From positions 25,284-57,283 of the forward strand of contig JAWCFL010000011.1 in assembly GCA_038858525.1 (NCBI GenBank): 32,000 nucleotides of DNA. Reading direction: 5' to 3'. This DNA comes from Candidatus Jordarchaeales archaeon. Its GTDB lineage: Archaea; Asgardarchaeota; Jordiarchaeia; Jordiarchaeales; Freyrarchaeaceae. Shown in pieces: positions 9,032 through 17,753 of this stretch. Position 1 is the stretch's first letter; each line of letters begins with the position of its first letter. The notes under the pieces are model-generated. The model had not been told where the DNA came from, ran no database searches, and saw only the letters and a program-made list of their open reading frames with translations. The position numbers and the translations under genes were made by a program.

Positions 9032-10586
9032 CATTAAAAAACTGCTGGAAAGAGCTGAGGAAGATTATGAAGCGGCTTGGGTTGAGTCGCGTGAGCTCCT
9101 CAAACTAGAGGGGAGATACTTCAGACTTAAGCCTCTTGGAAGAAGCAACGAAATAATGAATTTCATAGAAGAAGTGAGAAAAACGCTAGTAGAAATGGGC
9201 TTCGAGGAAGTGGTCTTGCCGGTGATCGTTGACGAGAGCGAGGTGCGTAAGGAATATGGCCCAGAGGCTACTATAATTCTGGATAGAGTGTTCTACCTGG
9301 CGGGGTTACCTAGACCCGATGTGGGGCTAAGCAAAGAGGATGCCGAGCGTATTAAGGAGCTGGTCCCATCGTTTAACGAATTCGAGAAGCTACGGGAGAT
9401 TCTCAGAAAGTATAAAAAGAGAAAGATAGAAGCAGACGATTTAGTTGAAACAATGGTTAACGAATTGTCGTTGCAAGAAGAGGACGCGACGAGAATAATA
9501 GACACCGTTTTCCATGCGTTCAAGAACCTTACCCCTGTCCCGTCGCCTCTTACTCTTAGGTCACACATGACGGCACTATGGTTTCCGGTTCTTAGCGCGA
9601 TTTACAAGTATAAGTGGAAAGAGTTACCAGTTCAACTTTTCACCGTTGGACAAAAATTTAGAAGAGAGCAGAAAATTGATCCAACACACCTTTACAGCTC
9701 GTACACTGCATCGTTCGTGATAATGACCGAAGAAATAAGTTTGGAGGATGGTAAGAGTATTGTTCAAGAATTTCTTGGGAGACTAGGGTTCTCGAAGGCG
9801 GAGTTTAGACTTAAGAAGGCGACTTCGAAGTATTATGCTCCCCAAACAGAGTTCGAGGTCTTCATACAGCATCCGGAAACTAGTGAGTGGATAGAAGTTG
9901 GAGACTGCGGTTTTTACTCTCCCGTCAGCCTTGCAAAATATGACATAGACGTTCCCGTATTTAACGCAGGTTTCGGCATTGAAAGGTTTGTCATGATAAG
10001 AACTGGAGAAACTGATGTGCGGCGGCTAACGTACCCCTACTTCTACAGACGTGACATCTACTCCGACGAAGAAATAGCTGAGGGGATATGCTACGCGGAG
10101 AAGCCAGAGACAGAGCTTGGAGAGGAAATAATGAACTCGATAATTAGCGTAGCTGAGGAGCACATGCATGCTGACGCACCCTGCAAGTTCACCGCTTGGA
10201 AAGGTAAAATTGATAGAGGAGAACTAACCGTGACTGTTTTCGAGGAGGAAAAGGGAGTTAAACTACTCGGCCCGGCGGCACTAAATGTAATATGCATTCA
10301 CGAAGGGAACATTTTAGGTCTTCCGCCATCCGAGGTGAGGGGAACCGTAACTAAGTTAAGGTACCTGGATGGTGTAGCAGCACTTTTCGCCAGAAAAGTC
10401 GAAAAAGAAATTTTAGAGGAAGGAAAGCGTGAGGTTAGTATGAAAGTGAGAATGGCGAAGAAGCCTTCGGATGTTAATATATACTTGAGTGAACAGGTTA
10501 GGCGCTACATTTCCTCAAAAAACAAGAGGATAGACATTAGAGGGCCTGTATTCATAAGCTTAGCGGCTTCACTAAATGACTCATAA
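9021..10586 (+). CDS. sepS: O-phosphoserine--tRNA(Cys) ligase (SepRS)
   Basis: 521 aa. It is collinear with remembered methanogen SepRS: MRF(N/D)IKK..., FYLAGLPRPDVGL, LTLRSHMT, FRREQ, SKYYAPQTEFEV, FGIERF, YPYFY. Overlaps the upstream gene by 11 nt. Confidence 0.9.
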   Translation: MRFNIKKLLERAEEDYEAAWVESRELLKLEGRYFRLKPLGRSNEIMNFIEEVRKTLVEMGFEEVVLPVIVDESEVRKEYGPEATIILDRVFYLAGLPRPDVGLSKEDAERIKELVPSFNEFEKLREILRKYKKRKIEADDLVETMVNELSLQEEDATRIIDTVFHAFKNLTPVPSPLTLRSHMTALWFPVLSAIYKYKWKELPVQLFTVGQKFRREQKIDPTHLYSSYTASFVIMTEEISLEDGKSIVQEFLGRLGFSKAEFRLKKATSKYYAPQTEFEVFIQHPETSEWIEVGDCGFYSPVSLAKYDIDVPVFNAGFGIERFVMIRTGETDVRRLTYPYFYRRDIYSDEEIAEGICYAEKPETELGEEIMNSIISVAEEHMHADAPCKFTAWKGKIDRGELTVTVFEEEKGVKLLGPAALNVICIHEGNILGLPPSEVRGTVTKLRYLDGVAALFARKVEKEILEEGKREVSMKVRMAKKPSDVNIYLSEQVRRYISSKNKRIDIRGPVFISLAASLNDS

Positions 10587-10597
10587 GGTGACCAGTT

Positions 10598-11269
10598 TTG
10601 AATGAGGAATTATGGTTTACACTGTACGAGATAGCATTAGTAGGGGGATGCGAAGGAGGAATTGATATTTCGTCAACGCGTCTTGCAGACCGGCTTGGGG
10701 TTAGCCAGCAGACCGCCGCAAGAAGGCTCCAAGACTTAGAGAAAGAGGGACTCATAGTCAGAGAGATAACGGCTAAGGGGCAAAACATCAAGATAACTAA
10801 GGAGGGAGTAAGAAGGCTTTGGGAAGTTTATGTTGGACTTAAAAGAGTTTTTGAGGAGAAGCCTCAAACAATCAAGGTGAAGGGAGAAGTCTTCAGCGGC
10901 ATGGGAGAAGGAAGATACTATGTGTCCATTGACGGATATAGGAAGCGTTTTGAAGAAAAGTTGGGATTCACGCCTTACCCGGGAACATTAAACTTAAAGT
11001 TGAAGTCGTATCACGATGTGCAAACGAGAAGACTTCTGGAAGCTTACCCGGGGATCATCATAGAGGAGTTCGAAGAAGGAGGACGTACCTTCGGCAGAGT
11101 GAAGTGTTTCAGGGCTCTAATCGAAGGTAAGATTGAAGGAAGCCTTTTGCTCATCAACAGGACACATTACGGAGATGATGTTGTAGAAATTATCTCCCCC
11201 GTATTCCTTAGGGAGGCGCTCAACTTGAAAGATGGAGAAAACGTAACAATATACGTAATCCTTGAGTAG
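10598..11269 (+). CDS. ribK: Winged-HTH fused to CTP-dependent riboflavin kinase (RbkR-type regulator/kinase)
   Basis: The N-terminal HTH (SSTRLADRLGVSQQTAARRLQDLEKEGLI) is followed by the archaeal RibK core (GEVFSGMGEGRYYVS...LGFTPYPGTLNLKL). TTG start after AAGGTGA. Confidence 0.85.
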   Translation: MNEELWFTLYEIALVGGCEGGIDISSTRLADRLGVSQQTAARRLQDLEKEGLIVREITAKGQNIKITKEGVRRLWEVYVGLKRVFEEKPQTIKVKGEVFSGMGEGRYYVSIDGYRKRFEEKLGFTPYPGTLNLKLKSYHDVQTRRLLEAYPGIIIEEFEEGGRTFGRVKCFRALIEGKIEGSLLLINRTHYGDDVVEIISPVFLREALNLKDGENVTIYVILE

Positions 11270-11286
11270 TTGCTGGAGGAAGGGCT

Positions 11287-11769
11287 ATGAGAAAGGTGAT
11301 GGTCTTCGGAACATTTGATATACTACACGCTGGCCACTTAAAATTCCTAGAAGAAGCGAAGAAGCTTGGAGGCAAGGATGCGAAGCTTATTGCAGTAATA
11401 GCGAGAGATTCTACCGTGCAAAAAGTAAGAGGGCGCCCTCCAATATTCAGCGAAGAAGATAGAAGGAAATTGATAGAGGGACTAAAGCCGGTTGACGAAG
11501 CTATTCTAGGATATGAAGGCGGCGACATGCTTAAAATAGTTGAGGAGAAGAAGCCTGACGTTATAGTGCTCGGATATGACCAAAGAAAAGACATGGATCA
11601 ATTCATTGATGAGTTAAGAAGTAGAGGGATCAATGCTGAAGTCTATCGGCTCCCGAAGTACGGAGAATTGAACAGCTCAAGTATAATAGTCAAAAAAATA
11701 GTTGAAATGGCTAATAAGTGGGGGATTAGTGGGAGAGAGTTAGAGAGGCGGGAGCGGAGCGGCCGCTAG
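11287..11769 (+). CDS. ribL: FAD synthase, archaeal cytidylyltransferase-type (RibL)
   Basis: VMVFGTFDILHAGHLKFLEEAKKLG (HxGH nucleotidyltransferase motif), about 150-aa size, directly downstream of ribK. The 3' end overlaps convergent dphB. Confidence 0.8.
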   Translation: MRKVMVFGTFDILHAGHLKFLEEAKKLGGKDAKLIAVIARDSTVQKVRGRPPIFSEEDRRKLIEGLKPVDEAILGYEGGDMLKIVEEKKPDVIVLGYDQRKDMDQFIDELRSRGINAEVYRLPKYGELNSSSIIVKKIVEMANKWGISGRELERRERSGR

Positions 11770-12531
11770 GAGGCGAAGCGCCTCTATCTCTTTAAAGTGA
11801 AGAGACCCAGTAACGATTAAGATGTGAGGAGGAGACCCAAAATCGTAGTATAAAAGGTTGCGAGGGTAATCTGCTTTAACGGTTGGGTTCTCGGACCCCG
11901 CTCGCGCCACGCCAACCATTAGGGTCTTTTCCAGGAGGGGGGATTGAGAGGATAACTTATGCTCTAGTTCTAGCAATATTGCTACTCCTTCGTTGACCGT
12001 CATGAAACGTTTTTCCTCAGCTCGGACGTCAAGGAAAACCAAGGTGTGTAATCCGCGCTCTATGTTCTCTCGAACAACTAGATATGGCGTCTCGGGAAAG
12101 TAATTCTCTTCCGGGAAGGGTATTGTTACAGATCTGCCAAACTTATAGTTTTCCAATCCGCAAATGCTTGGGGCAGCTGAATAAATGGATACGCCATGAA
12201 TAACACGCGTTTTCACTCCAAGCTTTTCAGCTTCCAGCCTGAGCGCGACATGCGTCGTAGCCACCATAGGGTCTCCTGGAACAAGAATCGCCACACGCTT
12301 ATCTCTTGCGCGAGAAAGTATTTCTTCCACATTCTCCTCAACATCTTTTCTGGTGAGAGCGCGGACATTCTTACCGATCAAGGCTTCTAAGTTATCCTTT
12401 GTTAAGCCTCCCATAACGCTTGTGTAAGCTTCAAAGTATACTTCATCTGCAGAACGGGCGGCATTTAGCCCCTTAAGAGTTATGTCATCGATACCCCACA
12501 AGCCTAAGCCAATGAAGATGAGTTCCCCCAA
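11740..12531 (-). CDS. dphB: Diphthine synthase
   Basis: 263 aa. LIFIGLGLWGIDDITLKGL...EVYFEAYTS...VAILVPGDPMVATTH is the Dph5/DphB tetrapyrrole-methylase pattern. TTG start 8 nt after GGAGGT. Confidence 0.9.
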   Translation of the reverse strand: MGELIFIGLGLWGIDDITLKGLNAARSADEVYFEAYTSVMGGLTKDNLEALIGKNVRALTRKDVEENVEEILSRARDKRVAILVPGDPMVATTHVALRLEAEKLGVKTRVIHGVSIYSAAPSICGLENYKFGRSVTIPFPEENYFPETPYLVVRENIERGLHTLVFLDVRAEEKRFMTVNEGVAILLELEHKLSSQSPLLEKTLMVGVARAGSENPTVKADYPRNLLYYDFGSPPHILIVTGSLHFKEIEALRLLAAAPLPPL

Positions 12532-12546
12532 AAGAAAACCTCCAAC

Positions 12547-13617
12547 TTAAAGCTCGCGTTTTATTTCGTTCGGCTTGAAAATGCCTTTCTCGGTAACCAT
12601 GAAGGTGACGTATTTTGAGGGAGTTAAGTCGAATGAAGGGTTCCTGGCATTAACGTTCGGGTGTATTTTAATGTGAGTGATTGTTCCTAACTCTGGATTG
12701 TATCCTTTCACGTGCGTGATTTCCTCTGATGAGCGCTCCTCAACTTTTACAGATGAACTCGAAGAGGCGAAAGTTGTAGTAGGCGCTGCGACTATGAACG
12801 GAACACCATTCTCATACGCCGTAACCGCGAGCATGTACGTTCCTATTTTGTTTACCACGTCTCCGTTTGGAAGTATTCTGTCTGCTCCAACTAAGACAGC
12901 GTCAACCTCCCTTCTCTGGAGATAATATCCTGCAGCTGAGTCAACTATAAGGCAGTGGGGTATTCCTTCTTGGGTTAGCTCCCAACTAGTAAGCCTACCC
13001 TGTAGCCAAGGGCGAGTTTCCGTCGCGTAAACAAAGATGTTTTTTCCCTGAGCGTGGGCAAATCGAACTATGCTTAGCGCGGTTCCGTAGTCTACTGTTC
13101 CAAGCGCGCCTGGGTTGCAATGAACCATGACCTTAGCATTTTTAGGTATTAGGCTACTTCCCAGCTCGCCTATCCTTCTGCAAGCTTCAAGGTTCTCTTG
13201 GGCTATTTTTCTCGCCTCACAAAGGGCTGCTTGAGCGACTTCATCGGAGGAGTTTAAATCTTCGCACATTCCTAAGACGCGGGTAACCATGTTTTGCATG
13301 TCTACAGCTGTAGGCCTCGTGGAAAGAAGGTGGGCGGCAACCTTGCTAAGAAAAGCTTTCAGCTCCTTTGAAGGGAGATGACGATTTTGAAGAGCTGCTT
13401 GAGCTAGCCCATAACATGCGGCTACCCCTATGGCTGGCGCTCCTCTAACCTTCATCATCCTTATGGCCTCGGCGACTTCCTCCACGTTCTTTGCCCTATA
13501 AATTGAAAACTCGAACGGGAGCTTTGTCTGATCGATCATGCAAACAACGTCCTCCTCCATCCATACGGTTTGGTACTCCCTTACCTCACTACCGATTCTG
13601 ACTTTCATAGCAACCAT
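12547..13617 (-). CDS. mtnA: Methylthioribose-1-phosphate isomerase / eIF-2B alpha-beta-delta family (MtnA-like)
   Basis: 356 aa. IDQTKLPFE, MKVRGAPAIGVAA, RPTAV, CNPGALGT, ETRPWLQG, VGADRILPNGDVVNKIGTY. Confidence 0.85.
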   Translation of the reverse strand: MVAMKVRIGSEVREYQTVWMEEDVVCMIDQTKLPFEFSIYRAKNVEEVAEAIRMMKVRGAPAIGVAACYGLAQAALQNRHLPSKELKAFLSKVAAHLLSTRPTAVDMQNMVTRVLGMCEDLNSSDEVAQAALCEARKIAQENLEACRRIGELGSSLIPKNAKVMVHCNPGALGTVDYGTALSIVRFAHAQGKNIFVYATETRPWLQGRLTSWELTQEGIPHCLIVDSAAGYYLQRREVDAVLVGADRILPNGDVVNKIGTYMLAVTAYENGVPFIVAAPTTTFASSSSSVKVEERSSEEITHVKGYNPELGTITHIKIHPNVNARNPSFDLTPSKYVTFMVTEKGIFKPNEIKREL

Positions 13618-13708
13618 CTCGCAGGGGGGACGTTTTAGCAGATACTAAAAAATCCACGCTCTAATTTTTAACTCTACGACCACCCCCTAAAATGAAAGGG
13701 TAGGGAAG

Positions 13709-14266
13709 TCACTTTTTATATGCAGAAATTAAATCGATCTTTGTAATGATTCCTACTATTTCTCCCTTGTCCACAACTAGAACAGCGGGGTTCCCGCATA
13801 TTATTAAGTGACGGACTACGTCTATACTGGTAGACGGGTTCACTGTGGGAAAGCTTTCCTCCATAAGGTCTCCAACAGTTTTATCAAAAACGTCCTTCCC
13901 CTCCGAGAGACGCTTCATTATGGTGCCCTCACTTAGGCTACCAACCAAGCGCCCTTCATCCACAACTGGTAGTTGCGATATGCCTTTTTTCTCCATGAGA
14001 CTAATAGCCTTCCTAACTGGTTCCTTAGTAGATACAGATATGACCGGGGAGAACATTATGTCCTTGGCGCAGATTTTACTCCTGTCAAACTCGCCCAGCG
14101 CGTTAATTATCTTTCTAAGCGTTGAGAGACGTGGGTCTACCGAGCCAGATTCGATCCTAGCGATTAACGACTGGCTTACGCCAGCCATCCGTGCCAGTTC
14201 CTCCTGCGTAATACCTAGGCGCTTCCTCGCTTGTTTAAGATCTTCTGGTGAAGGAAGGTAGAACAT
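13709..14266 (-). CDS. XRE-type HTH + CBS-pair domain transcriptional regulator
   Basis: LKQARKRLGITQEELARMAGVSQSLIARIESG (Cro/C1 HTH) is followed by two CBS motifs (...ISQLPVVDEGRLVGS..., ...PAVLVVDKGEIVGIITKIDL). The track ORF runs to 14335. ATG 14266 follows AAGGTGATG and is the likelier start. Confidence 0.8.
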   Translation of the reverse strand: MFYLPSPEDLKQARKRLGITQEELARMAGVSQSLIARIESGSVDPRLSTLRKIINALGEFDRSKICAKDIMFSPVISVSTKEPVRKAISLMEKKGISQLPVVDEGRLVGSLSEGTIMKRLSEGKDVFDKTVGDLMEESFPTVNPSTSIDVVRHLIICGNPAVLVVDKGEIVGIITKIDLISAYKK

Positions 14267-14445
14267 CAACATCACCTTAAAGAAGAGAAAAAAGGTCCTT
14301 CTTGAAGCATTATCACTTATAATTGAGGAAAACATTACTTTTAATTTTTCTACGGGTCTGTTTGTTTTCTAAACTAGAAGGAAATTTATAGGGGCAAGTG
14401 GGTCGTTAAATGTGGATGACGCAAAGTTCCTAGAAGGGTTATGCT

Positions 14446-16761
14446 GTGAAGAAAAGATGCGAAATACTGTGCAGCGGAGTAGTTCAAGGAGTCGGCATGC
14501 GGCCTTTCGTGTACCGGATAGCTGTCAAAAACAGCTTAACAGGCTACGTCCTCAACTTGGGGGATGCCGGAGTAAAAATAGTCGTTGAAGGAGAAGAGGA
14601 AGACATTAAAAGGTTTATGATGGAGCTAAAGGAGAAAAAACCCCCACTGGCAAAGTTTGAGAAGATAAGGACGAAGTGGGGAAAGGCACGCGGAGAGTTC
14701 GATACGTTCACCATAGAGAAGAGTAGCAGTGACAGGATACTCGAAAGTTCCTACATACCTCCAGACGTGGCGATCTGCAATAACTGCATACAGGACATGT
14801 TGAACCCTAATGATAGGCATTACAAGTATGCGTTCACATGCTGCGCGGACTGCGGTCCAAGGTATACATCAATAATAGGTTTACCCTACGATAGAGAACT
14901 AACAACGATGCGAGACTTCCCTCTGTGCCCTCACTGCATGGAGGAATACATGAACCCTATGGATAGGAGATACCACGCTCAAGGAATATGCTGCCCTATC
15001 TGCGGCCCAAAACTCACACTCCACGCGAAAAACGGTGAGCTCATAGATTGCAACAACCCAATAGCGGAGGCAGCCAGATTAATAAATGAGGGGGCCATAG
15101 TGGCTGTGAAGGGTATAGGGGGAAGCCACCTAGCGGCGCTCACAACTGATGACGAATGCGTACTTAAACTAAGGCAGAGGAAAAGAGACAGGAAGTATAA
15201 GCCCTTCGCTGTCATGTCTCTGAGCCTCAACGAAGTAAGAAAGTATGCAGAAGTTAGTCAAAAAGAAGAGGAGGTTCTAACATCCTTCAGACGACCCATA
15301 GTGCTACTCAGGAAAAAAGAGGACTTTCCGCTTTCTAAGTGGATTAGCCCCGGACTACACAACATAGGTGTGATGCTGCCATACTCGGGACTGCACATAC
15401 TCTTGCTGCAAGAGGTCACAGACCCCGCTGTCATAATGACCAGCGGAAACGCGTCAGGAAAGCCCATAGCAGCAAGCAACGAGGAAATCATCACCCACCT
15501 TAGCGACTTAGCAGATTACTTCTTGCTCCACAACAGAGTGATATACCAGAGGTGTGACGACTCTGTTGTCAAGATAGTAAATGGAAAAACCAAGCTGATA
15601 CGCAGGTCAAGAGGCTATGTGCCAGAACCAATAGAGACGCCGATACCGTACAGGGGAAAAGGAATACTGGCAGTCGGACCAGAACTAACAGTAACAGTAA
15701 CCGTTATGAAGGGAAGTAGGTGCTATGCCAGTCAACACATAGGCGACGTCTCAGGCGACCTCGACATGATGGAGTTCCACGAAAGCGTCACGACACACCT
15801 GCTAAAACTTTTAAACGTAAATCCTGAAGCCTTGGCATGTGATCTGCACCCTCAATTCATGACGACCAAGATAGCAGAAGAATACGCTGAAAAATGGCAG
15901 GTCCCGCTGGTGAGGGTTCAGCACCATCATGCCCATGCGGCTGCACTAAAAGCGGAGCACAAATTGGATGAACCCATAGTCTGCATAGCGTGTGACGGCG
16001 TCGGCTACGGGCCAGATGGAACTATATGGGGTGGAGAAGTGCTACTCTCAGACTATGAGTCGAGCGAGAGACTCGGGCACCTTGCCCCCCAACTTATGCC
16101 CGGAGGAGACCAAGCCACTAAGTACCCAATAAGAATGGCGGCATCCATTCTCAGCCGTGTTTTGTCCGACAGTGAACTGAGGGATATTCTAACATCAAAA
16201 TACATTGACGGGTTTAAATACGGGGAAAAAGAGGTGGAAGTTGTCCTAAAGATGATAAGAGACGCTAAGGGGCCTCTCTCAACCAGTACAGGGCGCGTCT
16301 TAGACGCTATAGCAGCCCTGCTAGGAATATGCATGGAGAAAACATATCAAGGAGAGCCAGCGATGAGGCTTGAGGCAGCGGCGGCAAAAGGCAAACCAAC
16401 CCTGAAAATAGAGCCCAAAATAAGTCGCTCAGACGGACGATACGTACTTGACACGTCCCAAATACTTTCTGAAGTGCTACAGGCGTTAGGAAAACATAGA
16501 GTAGAGGACTTAGCGGCATCCGCCCAGCACGCTATAGCAATAGGATTAGCGGACATCGCCGTGAACGTGGCACAAGAGGAAAATGTGAGAACCGTTGGGT
16601 TTACAGGAGGCGTAGCATACAACGAAGCCATAACAAAAACCATAAGAAAGCACGTCGAAAAAAACGGGCTAGTTTTTATACAGCACTCAGTTATACCTCC
16701 AGGCGACGCTGGAGTGAGCATAGGGCAAGCGATAGTGGCGGCGTGCAGATTATTAGGTTAG
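14446..16761 (+). CDS. hypF: [NiFe]-hydrogenase maturation carbamoyltransferase HypF
   Basis: 771 aa. It has an acylphosphatase domain (VQGVGMRPFVYRIA), two Zn-finger pairs (CNNC...CCADCGPRYT; CPHC...CCPICGP), then a YrdC-like and a Kae1-like domain. Confidence 0.95.
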   Translation: MKKRCEILCSGVVQGVGMRPFVYRIAVKNSLTGYVLNLGDAGVKIVVEGEEEDIKRFMMELKEKKPPLAKFEKIRTKWGKARGEFDTFTIEKSSSDRILESSYIPPDVAICNNCIQDMLNPNDRHYKYAFTCCADCGPRYTSIIGLPYDRELTTMRDFPLCPHCMEEYMNPMDRRYHAQGICCPICGPKLTLHAKNGELIDCNNPIAEAARLINEGAIVAVKGIGGSHLAALTTDDECVLKLRQRKRDRKYKPFAVMSLSLNEVRKYAEVSQKEEEVLTSFRRPIVLLRKKEDFPLSKWISPGLHNIGVMLPYSGLHILLLQEVTDPAVIMTSGNASGKPIAASNEEIITHLSDLADYFLLHNRVIYQRCDDSVVKIVNGKTKLIRRSRGYVPEPIETPIPYRGKGILAVGPELTVTVTVMKGSRCYASQHIGDVSGDLDMMEFHESVTTHLLKLLNVNPEALACDLHPQFMTTKIAEEYAEKWQVPLVRVQHHHAHAAALKAEHKLDEPIVCIACDGVGYGPDGTIWGGEVLLSDYESSERLGHLAPQLMPGGDQATKYPIRMAASILSRVLSDSELRDILTSKYIDGFKYGEKEVEVVLKMIRDAKGPLSTSTGRVLDAIAALLGICMEKTYQGEPAMRLEAAAAKGKPTLKIEPKISRSDGRYVLDTSQILSEVLQALGKHRVEDLAASAQHAIAIGLADIAVNVAQEENVRTVGFTGGVAYNEAITKTIRKHVEKNGLVFIQHSVIPPGDAGVSIGQAIVAACRLLG

Positions 16762-17267
16762 AAGTTGCCAGCAACCATAAACGGCTTAGCATACTCCTCA
16801 ACCAACTGAATTAACTGCTCCTCTAGCTTTTTAAGATGGGGACTTGATTCCCCATAATCCAACCTCAACCTTTCGCGATAACTCGATATGAGGCTTGAAA
16901 GCTCAATGTAAGGCGCCAAGTTTGGAGTGTCCAGTAGCCCAACGTAACCTAGAAGGATTAACGTGTAAATTGACTTCACAACGTTCCTACAAGCCTGCTC
17001 GAGTACACGTCTAAAGGCGCCCTTTGTAACCCCGCGGGCAAGACGTGGCCTCCGCCCTCTCGCATTCCTAGAAGCTCTCAGGAGACCTTTGAGGGAATAC
17101 TGAACTCCTCTTCCAGCGCTTTCATCTAGAAGAAAATGGATGACCAGCGTTTCAAACTGTATACGGGTGAGGTTAGACGAAGAGAGAAGGCGAGAAACAA
17201 TAGAGTCGCCGAGGAGGCGACGCAGAAAATCCTCTAATTCGTTCAGTTCGACGTCTGCTCTGTCCAT
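16758..17267 (-). CDS. Hypothetical protein with sigma70-region-4/LuxR-like HTH (last gene of ATPase-RHH-HTH operon)
   Basis: 169 aa. LTRIQFETLVIHFLL...GVTKGAFRRVLEQACRNVVKSI has a helix-turn-helix pattern. ATG lies 2 nt after the upstream stop, preceded by GAAGGTGG. The 3' end overlaps the hypF stop by 4 nt. Confidence 0.5.
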   Translation of the reverse strand: MDRADVELNELEDFLRRLLGDSIVSRLLSSSNLTRIQFETLVIHFLLDESAGRGVQYSLKGLLRASRNARGRRPRLARGVTKGAFRRVLEQACRNVVKSIYTLILLGYVGLLDTPNLAPYIELSSLISSYRERLRLDYGESSPHLKKLEEQLIQLVEEYAKPFMVAGNF

Positions 17268-17269
17268 CT

Positions 17270-17701
17270 TCAGCCACCTTCACTTTTCAATTTGCCAAGC
17301 GTAGTGTACTGCTCCTCTAGGAGCTGGAATAATCCAAGTTCCTTCAGCTCTAACTCATCAAAAACTGTTTTCATCTTCTCCAGTATGGCAAGCCTGCAGA
17401 ATACTGTTGCTCCACGCTCCCCAAACTTTTTCTTGAGCAGGGAGATGAAGCTACTAGGAAGCCTTACGTTGAAGTTTTGATCAAGCCGAGTCTTAGGGTC
17501 CTTCCTCACATAGACTATTTTCTCCACTACCTGGACGGGTAGAGGCGACGTGACCTTCTCATCCACCAGAGATAATGAGGCCGCTGGCTGAGGATGAGCC
17601 ACGGCACCTTCCTCATAGTTAAGAGGAGCAGGAGGCTGTGAGATTTGCCCATACTTTTCCTGCTCCTTGACTTTCTTCGCTATGTCAACCAGCCTCGTCA
17701 T
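17270..17701 (-). CDS. Hypothetical ribbon-helix-helix (CopG/Arc/ParG-like) DNA-binding protein
   Basis: 143 aa. A low-complexity N-half (QPPAPLNYEEGAVAHPQPAA) is followed by a beta-alpha-alpha pattern (FNVRLPSSFISLLKKKFGERGATVFCRLAILEKM). ATG is 5 nt after GGGTGAT. Confidence 0.55.
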   Translation of the reverse strand: MTRLVDIAKKVKEQEKYGQISQPPAPLNYEEGAVAHPQPAASLSLVDEKVTSPLPVQVVEKIVYVRKDPKTRLDQNFNVRLPSSFISLLKKKFGERGATVFCRLAILEKMKTVFDELELKELGLFQLLEEQYTTLGKLKSEGG

Positions 17702-17713
17702 CTTATATCACCC

Positions 17714-17752
17714 GCATCGATGCGCGACATCGATATCTGAAAGCGATATCAG
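17714..17752. promoter_or_regulatory. GATATC-core site cluster in the ATPase-RHH intergenic gap
   Basis: GCATCGATGC palindrome (17714-17723), then CGATATCT (GATATC 17732-17737) and CGATATCA (17745-17750). These fill the 52-nt gap between the two genes. Confidence 0.5.
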
Positions 17753-17753
17753 A

